Shown here in pieces: positions 36,259 through 48,496 of a stretch of 64,000 nucleotides of DNA. Below the pieces are notes generated by a model, which saw nothing but the letters and a program-made list of their open reading frames with translations, made no database searches and had not been told where the DNA came from. The translations under genes and the position numbers were made by a program. Position 1 is the first letter of the stretch. Every line of letters starts with the position of its first letter. The DNA comes from Octopus sinensis (taxonomy: Eukaryota), in assembly GCF_006345805.1 (NCBI RefSeq), contig NW_021832123.1:62001-126000 (forward strand), in the 5' to 3' direction.

Positions 36259-36902
36259 TTTTACGTCTTGGTCAATTCTGGTTTATATATTTATCAAATC
36301 AATCAATTTAGGTGCAATACTCCAGAGAAAATAATACTATTCTCGCATGCATTTTTATAAACTATGCGTGGACCTATGAAGAAATGTTATCTGTGACTTG
36401 CTATTAAAAAATACTCAAAAAATTAGTATTATAACTACAAATCCGACAAACAACGGTTCTGATCGGTCAGGACCCTCACCGAACCTGGAATTGAGAGTTA
36501 TTGTCATCTTAGTATCGTCTTCTAAAGTGTTTTTTAGGCCGCTAGCCCCAATATTTTGACAGTCATCATTGTCAATCTACCCATTTCTGTATTCCACTTG
36601 GATACTTTCCAAGGTCTGCATATTCGCCTTATCTACTTTGAATGTATTCTGGTGGTGCCTATTAAAATTTCTTACAATACCCTCCCACCACCAAAAGCAC
36701 TATATCCACTTTATAACTGTAAGCAATGCTAATTCACTGGCAAGTAACTTTCCCATTTCGACTTGCTTTCCATGTTTATTATTGAGAACAGGAATATTTA
36801 TATGGAATCCACCCATATCTCTCACTGTATTATTCCAAACAAAATGCATAATTCATTAGAAATTAAACTGACTGCTCAACTAAAAAACTCAAAAAGTAAT
36901 AA

Positions 36903-39065
36903 TCAGTCTGACGAACTATCAGAAGAAGACGAGCTATCGGAGGAAGAATCATCACTATCCGAAGAATCCTTCTTAGCGGCAATAGCAGCAGACTTTAACT
37001 GCACTTCCAACAACTCCCTCGTCTCATTAGTCAACCCAGAAAGTCCAATCGCTGTGAAGAAATTAATCGAAAAGCGCATATTTTCCGCCGAGTCAGTCGG
37101 AAACAGCCCACTAAAACTCCGACTCAGCGTCCTTAAAAATAACACAAATCCACAACTCGTCGCTCAGTCGTTCGTGGAGTCGCTGAATGCTCATAAACTC
37201 GGACAACTCCTGGAAGAGATACTTCAAGAACACTCTGGAAGAAGATGTGCCCGACGGTGTGAGAGACATACAATCCATGGTCTGTGGAAGTCACACAACA
37301 CAACAACCCCCCACGAAATGGAGTCAGCAAACAAAAGATGGGCAAAAAACTTGGCAACATTCATCAACTTGACAATCTCCAGTCTGTGACAAGTGGAATA
37401 TTGTTGTCGTAGAAGGTTTTCGAAGGGAGGGACGAATATATCACTGAGGGCACACAGCCGCTACAATTGAGAGAGTGGGCCTACTTCTCCGACCAGTCCA
37501 TAGAACTTCATATATGTCCGTTGTTGGGCACAGCAATCCACCACCATTTCGCCCACCACCACCTCCTGTCCGTCCTGCAACTCCATTTGCAGTAGTTTGT
37601 GGATTGTCTCGTCAGAACTCAGACTCGACTGGAAGACCAAATATATTTTCTTGCGAAATTCCACAGTATTGCACTCCGTCTGGTCGAGAATGACCGACTC
37701 GTCCTCCTTGACTGTCTCCTCTTCCTCCTCCTCACTCTCATCACTGTCCAAAATATCTGCCATTCTCACAATTCAACCACCTTTCACAAACTCACGATAT
37801 TTCGCCTCATTCTCCGCGTATTTGTCATCAAACTTGAAGATATCTACAATCAGCAAAACAGTCAACTCAGTTCTTCATCCATGACTAGTTTGTCCATGAG
37901 GGAGAACATGTGGGTCATCTGGTCCTCTTCCTCTATCAAATCCAAATGTTCCTTCACCGAGGGATAGTCCTGGGGGTCAACCACTGACAAAACACCTTAA
38001 AGTTATCCTTGATGACTGCCATTATCATTTCTATTATATATGCTGTTTTGTTGCTGATTTCCCCCTCGTGGAGGATATTTCGAAGGGATGACTCGATGGC
38101 TGGCATTAATGACCCACCACACCTTTGAGTCCAGCAGGGGACAGCTCTTTCAACATGCCCCCGCAGTGCTTCAGGAACTCCACTGCTGTCTCAATACTAT
38201 CCGGGGTCACATTTTCCATAAAGAGGGTGAGTATCTCCAATGGCAGTATTTCATACACCTAACGCTCACCCAACCACACAACCATCCTCTGGTTAAACAA
38301 ATGTGCCAGAAAGCTGAGAGAAGCCAAACAAATGGTCTTGTCGTTCTGTTTATAAGCCCGACGGAACCTCAAAATGAGTCTCCTGGTGACCAAATCGCCA
38401 ATCATGGGGAACTGCTATGACCAGTCCAACTCACCTTCGAATTGACAATCGCCAGGAGAGAAGCATAGACGTGTGTGAGTGCAGTGAGCCCGCATTGAAA
38501 GGTGATGAAGGAATCGGCCACCAGTCCTCTACCACTACACACACAACCCAACCTCCCACGCACAATGTTTTCTCTCATCAGAGTCTTGGCCACTGCCCGG
38601 ACGTTGTGTTCGGTCACTTTGTTGAGTACTCCATTTATGGTTCGTCTGAGCACTTCGAAGGCCACTCTCTGGTACTCCACACTGCAGTGAGGACGGGAAA
38701 TACCTGTTTATGTTTTTGTCGGGACTGGTCTTGTATTCCATCAGCTTACGGAATGTCCAGAATTTGAGAGCCACGGGGGCTACTGGCTTTACTCGTTTTT
38801 CTCCTTCTTTGTTGACTTCTTTGATGAGAGATGTGTGTGTTCCATATATCGATATTCTGTCCTTTATTTTGGCTCGTGCTTCATCTGCTGTGGCAAATGT
38901 GTCATCCGCGGGTTTTTTTGCTTTGTCGTGGTCGAGTGGTTCTTTGTGTTTCCGTTTATGGTGACGGGGCTCTTTGTGGTGTCTGTGATCACGGAGGGTC
39001 TGGGGGGGTGAAGTGGTCAGCGGTTCCTCAGAGACATTCAGGTTGTCCTCGTTGTTAACCACCAT
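36903..39065 (-). CDS. CWC22: Pre-mRNA splicing factor CWC22 (MIF4G + MA3)
   Basis: YQRVAFEVLRRTINGVLNKV, RENIVRGRGL, THVYASLLAIVNSKFP, DCCAQQRTYMKFYGL, GLFPTDSAENMRFSINFFTAIGLSGLT; about ten introns of 22-26 nt. Confidence 0.95.
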
Positions 39066-40251
39066 ACACCAGACAAGGAAAAATTAATAATTTATTATTA
39101 ATTTAATTATAGATAAATATTTAAGTTTTTATTATTGGGTGACAAAAAAGTTTAATAGCAAATTTCTGTATTCTATGCAAAAATTGTTGCATAATAGTCG
39201 CCGGCTTCCTGCATATCAGAGCTGCAGGACTTACTAACTAATATTCTCGTTAAATATAAATTTTTTAATATTAATTAAAATATTTATTTGTTCTTCATTT
39301 TTAATATTTAAACCATCAAGAATAATAAAATATAAACCTTTCTGACCTAATTCATAAACATAGATGTTTCTAGTTCAATTTAACATATCTATATCTAGTA
39401 TTTTGTTCTTTTAAACTCGCTAAAACTCGCCCCCAAAAATCAAAATTATAACAGACTTGATGCAGACGAAGCCACCCCGTCAGCCAAATCCTTTACTCCA
39501 TTAAAAACAGACTCACTTGCAAAAGTTAAAAACATGAATAAAATATTCAAGAATGAAGTCCCTCGACCGCGATTAGGACTACCAATGGACTACATAGTCT
39601 ATAATAACATGCCTGCAATGATGAAGCCTGAATCTACACAGTCCTCAAAAATACAAAAAACTGAAGATGGATTTTTTGACAAACTGCAGCTTTGGGTTGT
39701 AGTTGATTGAATATTCATAGGTTTACAAGCACCGTTTATGGATTAAAATTTCAATAGTTTTATTTGTTACTTCACTTGTAATCATATTTTTAATTTATTT
39801 GTCAGTAAAATTATACCGACAGGTATGCTTTTTGTTCTATTTATTAGACTAAGCCGGCTGATACTGATGCCGATTCGATTTACAAACTTGTTAATTAATA
39901 AGGTGAGTCCTAACACGTCTAACACACTAATATATCACTCATACTCACTTATTGGTCCTATAAACATCATTTCCTAACTATTAGAATTAGTTTAACAATT
40001 TTATACATTCTTAAACTCACATTCTAACAAAATTATAACTTTTATCAGTTCAAATGAAATTTAAAATACAAATCTTTAAGAGATAAGTTGGGACCTTCAG
40101 GACATCAAAGACTCTCTTGATCGGATGTTGGAAAGACTCAACAGAGTATTTCCCGCCACGTCTTTCAATCCTATTAGGTCTTGTTTGCAGATTAAAAGAG
40201 AGCAACTAAATAAAGAGCGGGAATTCAAAATAAAAACAATTTATTTAAACA

Positions 40252-40627
40252 TCAATGATGTCGATGTTTGTGGTGTTTGTGACTTTTCTTCATTCTATTT
40301 GAAATAGTATAAAATACATACTTTTTGAGTTGTTTTTTCTTAGCGTGCTTAACGGCCAGGTTACGTAACTTGACTAAATTGATTAAAATGTGTTACTCAT
40401 TTGTTCTTGAGGGAGATATGAGAGAAAGTCCTCGGAGTCTGAACTACCGCTATCGGATGGATTGTGGCTTGACTTGATGTTTATATAATTTCTACATTGA
40501 AATGAAAAATGTCCGTCTATTAAATAATTGTTTAATTATATTTACTGTGCCCACATTTGCTGCATCCTTCCCCTGTACCGAACGGATTTACTACGTGTAA
40601 CGTTAAACACAACATACGCCCTGCCAT
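40252..40627 (-). CDS. SREK1IP1/p18SRP-like zinc-knuckle, Lys/His-rich small protein
   Basis: Absent from the ORF track. Spliced MAGLNPFGTGEGCSKCGH.GHFSF(Q)CRNYI..SDSGSSDSED..KKSHKHHKHRHH*; needs a 1-nt correction near 40500. Confidence 0.5.
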
Positions 40628-40720
40628 GAACCACACAACGATTAAATATTTTATTTATTATTAATATAATATTATCTAATATTAAACATTTTAAATATTA
40701 TCGAATTATTTTAGTACCTT

Positions 40721-41384
40721 TCATCTTAATCTTTTAAAATAACTATTATTTGAAATTAAATCTTCAATAGTAAAGATTTGTTGATGATAAAAAGATTCTA
40801 ATTTTCGCTTTTTCGTCCTTTGATTTGTATCAGAATCTTTTTTCAGCAAAACATTATTTCCAATTTCTTTCAATGTTTTTGAAGAATTTCTTTCCAGTCT
40901 TTCAAGATATTTGTCATTTATGATAGTTTGATTTTCATGTTCTTCAATTAATTCATCATCATTAAAATAAGAAATTTTATATTCTCTTGTTCGGAAAAAG
41001 TCATAAATGGTGACATATTTATAGAAGAATGAATTGAAATATTGTAGTGATATACAATTTCTAAAACATCTACCCATTTTTTCTATTTGTCTGTAAGTTC
41101 TTTTGCATCCATCTGAAGATGGTTTTATTGCAACGCTCCACTTGTCCCTGTGATTCTGGATGTCTTGATAAGATATTTATAGGAATCATTTATATCTGAA
41201 TAAAACGAAAGATCGACTAAATCAACTTGATAGCTAAAAATAAAATATTGAATGAACCTTTCTCGAATTCTTTGGCTACTATGTTGACTAGTGGATATTA
41301 AGTGCTGACTTGGCTGACATTTGTGGCATGATGATATTACATCCCTAATTGTGATTATTATAGGCACTTTAGTGATGCCATGGA
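40721..41384 (-). mobile_element. Integrase-type (Ginger/KRBA2-like) DNA element, downstream half, degenerate
   Basis: HGITK..IRDVISSCHKCQ..YQVDLVDLS..NDSYKYL: CxxC of the integrase zinc-binding motif plus the start of the DDE core. Confidence 0.65.
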
Positions 41385-44340
41385 TCATGACAAAGCTTGT
41401 GCAGCACAGGAAACAATAAGAGTAGTTAGTTTATTCCATTTCCCGCGATCTTGGGCGACGTCCCGTAGTGCATCGATTCTTTACCAGCCCTCTTTAGGTC
41501 TCTATCCAGCGTACCCGGGAGAGTATTTCTTGGTCGTCCACGGAAACGATGGCTCCCAGCTTCTAAATAGTCCTCCATAGCAACGTTTGCCGGTTCATCC
41601 AAATCCATCCTTAGAATGTGTCCAAACAGCCTCCATCTGCATTCGGTAATTTCGATTGGTTTGCTTGATGTTCTGGCATAAACTGTTATGCTACTCAGCC
41701 TTGAATGCCACTTGGAGGTTAGAGTACGTCGAAGGTGATCTCTATGGAAAGAGTCTAGTCCCCAAGTTCCGGCGTTATATAGGAGTATTGGCTTCACTAG
41801 TGAATTGTATAGTCGTATCCGTGTTTTTGTGCTGAGTCCTTTGCGTTTTAGCCAATTTTCCTTTAAGCTGCGTAGTGCACTGTTTGCATGTGTTTTTCGC
41901 ATAATCACGTCTTGTTCGTCTCCCAATAGAGATCCGAGTTTCTTTACTTTTCTCCAATGTTCGTCCAGCTTAGACTTCTGTCTTGCTAGTTCAGTAAATT
42001 TTGTTTTCTCCACGTTTACATTGAGGAACCACTCAGCAAGTCTATTTGGCATCACCTCCAATAGGCTTTCCAGAACGTCCCTGTCGGAAGAAATAAAATC
42101 CACGTCATCCGCGTATGCCACCACATTGATCTTTCCTTCATAGTATGGTTTTAGTTCTCTCAATGCAGTTTCCAGATATATCACAAATAGTATAGGAGAT
42201 AACGGATCCCCTTGAGGTGTTCCAGATGTTGTTTCAAATGGTTTAGAGCAGTGGTTCTCAACGGTGGGCGATTCGCCCCCTAGGGGCGATTTTTTCTGCC
42301 AGGGGGGCGATGGCTGATTGCTAATATTTGAAAAATTAAAATCTTATGTTAGAAGTCGATAATCTTTGAAAAAATAAAGATATATAATCGAGTCTAATAA
42401 TATTTATTAATAATATGATATTTTTATTATATTTTATTTAAATTTCTAAGCGTGATTTCTAGTTATCATTATGGGTCGTGTTTAAAAAAAAGTCAGAATG
42501 TATAAAGATGAATATATTTCTCTTGGATTTATTAAAGATCCTCAAGATCCTAATAAACCACTTTGTCTTCAATGTGGTACAATTTTTTCGAATGAGGCAA
42601 TGAAACCGTCTCGTTTGATTGAACATTTAAAACGAAAACATCATAATTCAATTGGAAAAAAGCCAGACTTTTTTCTAGAATTAAAAAAGAATTTTGAAAA
42701 TAAAAACACCTTACCGGCAATCTTTAATAAAAATATATCTCAAAATGTCTCTGGTATCTTATTCATATAAAGTTGCAGAGATAATCGCAAAAACTGGTTG
42801 CATTATTATTTTAATTTATAGGTAATGCCCATTCGATTGCAAAAAATGTCATCCGTCCTTGTTTAAATTTATTTATAAACGATATCTTACAAAAAGATTC
42901 TTCAAATATTATGAAGACTATTCCATTAAGCAACGACACTATACGAAGAAGAATTGATGAAATTTCTAATGAAATTGAACAATCTTTAATTTTATTTCTC
43001 AGAGAACGCAAGTTTTCAGTCCAACTTGTTTCCAAAATCTTTAGTCACGGATACTACAGGATTGTCAATATTCAAAATGTTTGAATCTTATTTATTCTTA
43101 AATGATATTCCATTTGAACATATTTTATCGTGCGCAACTGATGGCGCAATGGCTATGGTTGGAAAATATCGTGGTTTTTTAGCTTTTCTAAAACAAAAAT
43201 CTCCAATGTCCACTTCAATTCATTGTATTTTACATCGGCATCATTTAATTGCAAAAAAATTATCTGAAGAATTGAATGCATCAATGCAAATTGTTATCAA
43301 AGTTATCAATAAAATTAAAAGAAACAGCAAGTACGATCGTATTTTTCGTGAATACTGCACTAATCAAAATGAAGATTATGTTAGGTTACTTTTACATACC
43401 GAAGTAAGATGGTTATCCAAGGGAAATTGTCTTGAAAGATTGGGATATTATTTGATGCAATTGTTGATTTTTTAAGATTACAAGAAGAATTTAATTTTTT
43501 AATTCCTGCAAAATTCATAGAAAAAATATTTTTTATTTAAATTGGATTTTTAAAAAATTAAATGAAGTTTCATTGGCTTTACAAGGAGATTATGTTAATT
43601 TAATTGATTGCAAACGAATTATAAATACATTCATTGAAAAAATTCAATTTTACAAATTTAATTTAAGTAATAGAAAATTTGGAAAATTCGATTTTTATGA
43701 CCACACTTTTGATGACAACGATCTGAAAATTTATGAATTTCATTTAGAATCTTTGGAACAAGATTTGAAAAAAAGATTTGAAGATTTAATTAATTTAAAC
43801 TTTTCTGATTGGATGATTAATCCTTGGTTGCCCATTCATTATGATTCTGATGATGAATGTCAAGAAGAATAATAGAACTAAAAAACGACGAAGAACTGAA
43901 AATAAAATTTAAAAATGAAAACCTGACACAATTCTGGGGAGAAAAATCTATAAAAATTAAATTTCCGAAATTATGGGAAAAAATGATGCCAATAATATTA
44001 TGTTTTCCTACGTCATACTGCGTAGAGAGAGGATTCAGCACTCTGAATAGTATGATCGGAAAAAAAGAAACAAACTAAATATAGAAGAAAGAGGCGACAT
44101 TAGAATTACACTTACGAAAAGAAGTACAAATTTTGAAAAACTTGTCAATCTTCATCAACCACAAGGATCTCATTAAAACTCTTATTTTTTAAATAAAAAT
44201 TTTTACTAATGAAATAAGGGGGCGATATAAAAATTGGAGGGGCGAAAAAAATTCCAAGGGGGCGATACAAAAATAAAGGTTGAGAACCACTGGTTTAGAG
44301 CACTTGTCTCGTACTCTGACCGATAGATAGGTTTCTGATT
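41385..44340 (-). mobile_element. 5'-truncated RTE-group LINE (about 0.9 kb) carrying the hAT insertion
   Basis: KPFETTSGTPQGDPLSP..YLETALREL..YADDVDF..KKLGSLLG; the frame is continuous across the hAT TSD; possible 5-bp TSD ATGGA at 41380-41384 and 44341-44345. Confidence 0.85.
42249..44292 (+). mobile_element. hAT transposon, Buster/ZBED8-like subfamily, non-autonomous (deleted and frameshifted)
   Basis: 14-bp TIRs CAGTGGTTCTCAAC; 8-bp TSD GTTTAGAG at 42241-42248 and 44293-44300; BED finger (PLCLQCG..MKPSRLIEHLKRKH), TDGAMAM, HCILHR, EVRWLSKG, SYCVERGFS; subterminal GGGGCGAT repeats. Confidence 0.95.
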
Positions 44341-44700
44341 ATGGAAAAATTATTTATTTAATACTCTTCCATTTTATTAAATCCATATTGATAAATTGAA
44401 TGAATTCTCTCACAATGCGGTTTCATTGATTCAAAATCATTTGAGGCAATTAAAAATATTTTGTTTCCATCAGATTCTTTATAACATAGCACACCTATCA
44501 TTAGATTTAATAGTACCTCCAGAATTTACGAAATTTCTACATTTTTTGAGAAAACAAAATCTTTTTAATCTTGAAAAATCTTCTGGTATTGTATTATTTA
44601 TTAAAAAATCAAGAATATTCTTATACATCTGATCATCCTTTAAAATGTTGGCAAATCTCATTCCGATAATATTATCTCAAAGTTCGAAATCATCTTTAAT
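44341..44700 (-). mobile_element. Integrase-type element, upstream half
   Basis: YKNILDFLINNTIP..KRFCFLKKCRNF..ERIHSIYQYGFNKMEEY leads into the HGITK..CHKCQ segment at 41384 once the LINE is removed. Confidence 0.55.
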
Positions 44701-44961
44701 ATTGAGTTGATAATTGTCAAAAGATTAATTGAAGGTTTTTTTTAATTCAAAGCATGTAAGTCAAGGGAATGAGTTATTCACGAATTAAAGGAATGAGCTT
44801 AATTGAAGGTTAAAATCAAGGTCACAGCGTTTCACTGATGGCTCGTTATTTTATGACTGTTTAAAAACTTTGAGGTCATTTTATATAAAATCCTTAATAA
44901 AAAGTATAATATAATATTAACTTAACTTTGTGTGTGGTGCACAAATTCGTAATTTAAAAAC

Positions 44962-45480
44962 ATGAAAATTAACCACCAACATCTCGCCCAAATTGCCAAC
45001 GGACAAATCCCAACTACACTCTCTGGCGTGGCTACAGTGGTGTTCCCAGATGGAAGGACTTTGGATCTATTTATCAAACTAAAAGCAAATTTATTATTCT
45101 ACTACAACTGGCCGATCGAGGGTGAAGGTGTCCCTGTAAAAATACTATTGCCTAATATTGAAGGATGGAGTTCTCTTTCTGGTGGGTCATAGAGTGATTG
45201 TCCACTATTCCCAACACAAGGAATTCATACGAATAATTTTCCCAGGTTATTGACTCAATTTAGTCCAGACGAGTCCAGTTTTCTCATTTCTCCCGAGTGT
45301 CCTGCACTCCTCCCCTCCTGGTTCAATGCCCTGAGTGAATATCGCTACACCAATTTGGTCAATTCGGCCAATCTGCTGAAGGACGACAAGCCTGATCGAG
45401 ATGATTCGCCCTTCTCCTTTAAATTACTGCATAAACACTACGGCGATATCATTCACAAACATTACAGTGCTATTCACTGA
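44962..45480 (+). CDS. Sesquipedalian/PHETA (IPIP27)-like PH-domain protein
   Basis: MKIN.. start, FIKLKANLLFYY..PVKILL, and a C-terminal helix PSWFNALSEYRYTNL, as in Ses/PHETA PH domains; two micro-introns. Confidence 0.6.
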
Positions 45481-45958
45481 CCCTAATTAGATGTACTTAT
45501 GTGAAGTATTTCATTGATAGCCCACTTTAATAAGATCGATTTATTGCACGTTTTTTATTATCAGCTATAGACTAACTTGAGGGAATTCCCGGTGGGGGAT
45601 TTGGACGACTGTCTGAATAAGGGTGCACTATAGAGTGCATAGTTTATAGGACTGAATTACATGTTTAGAATTACTGAGTTTAATTTTGCTAAACGTTGTT
45701 TATTTTGATTACAAGTTAATCAGTTTTTTTTAATTAGTTAATCAATTAAAATAAGCTAAAAATAAGATTGCAATTAATATAAGCTAAATTGCACGTTATT
45801 CAATTAATATAAGCTAAAAATAAGATTGCTAAATTTTTGTCAGATAATTAAGCATTGGTCAAATTTCTAAATTAAGTAACGACTTGAGAAAAAACGGACG
45901 ATCGATAGTTTACCGCAAAAATAATATTTATAAACGATTTATCGCAAAAAACGCGTGA

Positions 45959-47640
45959 ATGGCATTGTCTCTGTTCTTTCTGACATTCATTGGTAATTGG
46001 TGGGTACATTCGTAGGACTGACGCAGTGCAGACTGACTGTCTTCCCCGCAAGTTTAGTCACAAATATGGAGGAAGTGACCACAGTTTGTAAGACCGATGA
46101 GCCAGGGGAGGTGAAGTGGTATAGGGCACATAAACAAATTCTTCCTGGGTTGTGTAAACATAAGTAGAGTGTAGACATGACAATTATGAACAGTTTGTAA
46201 TCCCTGGGGGAATTATGCTCAAAATTAATGTCGGTCCTGAGACTGTTGGAGAATACTTATGTGTCCTCAATGATTTACACGCTAAATTTATTTTAGATGC
46301 GCCAGGTATTCAAATTATTTATTTATATTTAAATATTTGTGTTTAATATTTTGCACGTAACTTAATATTTGTATTCAATAACTATGATGTTTCAAAATTA
46401 TTTTTCAAAAAGGTGTTAACATGGAATTTAAACACTGTCAATCAACGGTGACTGTGGACTATCTAAAGACAGCTTATTTGGCATGTTTCGTCACAAATGG
46501 CAGCAAATATACCACAAAATGGATTAAGGATGGCCAATATTTCGAAAATGAGTCTTGTAACCAAATTTATTCAAAAATATGTTCAGATCACTCAAGAATC
46601 GAAAAGACCAAGTTGGGTCTCCTCATTCGTACTACAGAAGTCAGTGACCAAGGGATTTACTATTTTTTGGTATTTTTGGGGAATATGCTGATAAAAACAA
46701 AGCCCATCAGGCTTATAGTGAACTGTATTCCACAATTTCTATCCACTAGTTGGACCAATCATCCACTTCGAGCCGAGGATCCTCATGCTCGGACAACCTA
46801 ACAACGTCACGTGTATAATAGAGGCCAACACAGTCATAACCCCGGATATAGTATCGGCCGACTTGGAAAAATCACTGGTATGTTGAAATATTCACAAAGC
46901 AGAATCCGGTGGTGAAAAAGACGACAATAAACGGATCGCTCGACGTTTTTGAACTAACGGCAGTTTTGAGGGGCAAAAGCGTGAATGATTCGGTTTTTAC
47001 TTTTTGCGTGGCGAAGGAAGAGATAGAAAGCACATCCAAGTTCGTTAGGTTTTTTTTTGCTGGTATTTTTGTTTTTTGTACAAAAGATGTGGCCCGAGTA
47101 TTAAATATGGGGAAGAATGAAAGTGTGGTCTGGTGGCGGGTCCAGTCCGAGAAGCTTCCCGTTTCTTCTTTCGTTCTTCGGGTGAAGTCAGTGGTTGTTA
47201 AATTGTTTTGAATTTTAAGAAAAACACTAAAAATTTGACGGTTGATGGTGTGATGTCTCAGATTGATTTGGAAAAATTTTTGAATGAATCTGGGACATAC
47301 AACGTGACAATGTGGGCGGTCAATCCTGTGGGGTATTCCAAGCCCTTCTCCATTTGTCTTGATTTTTCTAGTTTTTTATGTTTTTAATGAAATGTAGAAA
47401 TGGAGAAGCAAATAGAAAAATCGCAAAAACGTGTTGCAAAAACGACTTTTGTTGTTTCTGGTGTTTTGCCTTTGATTGTGGTTTTTGTCGTGATTTTTTT
47501 GGCCATTGCATACAAGAAAGGGCTTTTTCCATTTCGGCCGGATACGAGGAGTGGAGTTTCTTCTGTTTGTGCTGCATAGTTTTTCCTTACAATTGGTTTT
47601 TCAATAAATTTCTATTTTTTTAATGGCTGTCCACTAAAAG
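45959..47640 (+). CDS. Ig + FN3 type I membrane protein (cell-adhesion-like)
   Basis: Signal peptide; Ig motifs (TVCKT..VKWYR..GEYLC; LACFV..KWIKDG..SDQGIYY), FN3-like YNVTMWAVNPVG, TM VLPLIVVFVVIFLAIAY; 3' end approximate. Confidence 0.65.
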
Positions 47641-47973
47641 TTTATTTTAAATAGTGAAGAAATTCCGAAGAGAAAAACAAGCTTTATCTGCAAGCATTGC
47701 CAAAGAACAGTTAGAACCCTACCAAGATTAAATTACGTTATTTATTTGTCCTATTTTACCGTGGTCTTGGTGTTATAAAAAACGACGTGACTCTGTCTTA
47801 TTACTCCAATTCCTTGGGTCTACATGTATCCTGGATTAGTGCCTTGTAGAAATTATTACTCTTTATATATGTTTGAACACCATCTTGTGCAATATAGATT
47901 ATCGCAAATAATGTAATTATAAATAATGTAACCACCGAAGTTTGGTCGCAAAGTTGTTTTGTTGTGCCTAATA

Positions 47974-48280
47974 ATGTGACATGGGCGACGCGTCACGCAT
48001 GGGCTACTGGTCACATTTTTTGACCTTGTAATAAAATCCTTTGATTATCATGGCAATCATAAATTTCAACTGTTCATTATGCTGATTTTAATTTTTTGGT
48101 CACGTACTTAATTAAAAAAGTTATTTTTTAATGTTTTAAAACACTAAAACATACCAAAAGAGTGGTATGAACGGTAATTAATCAATGATTAAAATAATGA
48201 TATGTTCAAAGGTATAATTAGCAAATTTCAAGGTAAAAAGTAACCACTTGCTTATGCGTATTCAACCGCCAATGTCACAT
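47974..48280. mobile_element. Candidate MITE (307 bp)
   Basis: Inverted termini ATGTGACAT(G/T)GGCG with one mismatch; AATA on both flanks (47970-47973, 48281-48284); no coding capacity. Confidence 0.35.
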
Positions 48281-48496
48281 AATAGAACAGTTTTTCATTA
48301 AAAGTTTCTCCTTATCTAAATATATTTTTTAGGTAATCAACGTGCAGAAATCTAAACACGTTCTCGACCTTCGAATCAGGCAAGTAACCGCAAGATCAGG
48401 TTAATTTGATATAATTTGTATCGATAAGAACCGAATTAAATAGATTTACTTACAATTCTCCAAGAATAAACAAATATATATAATTAGTCCACAAAA

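Noticed and set aside
45750-45830. Short ATAAGCTAAA-type tandem repeats
   Set aside because: Low-complexity AT-rich slippage with no spacers or TIRs.
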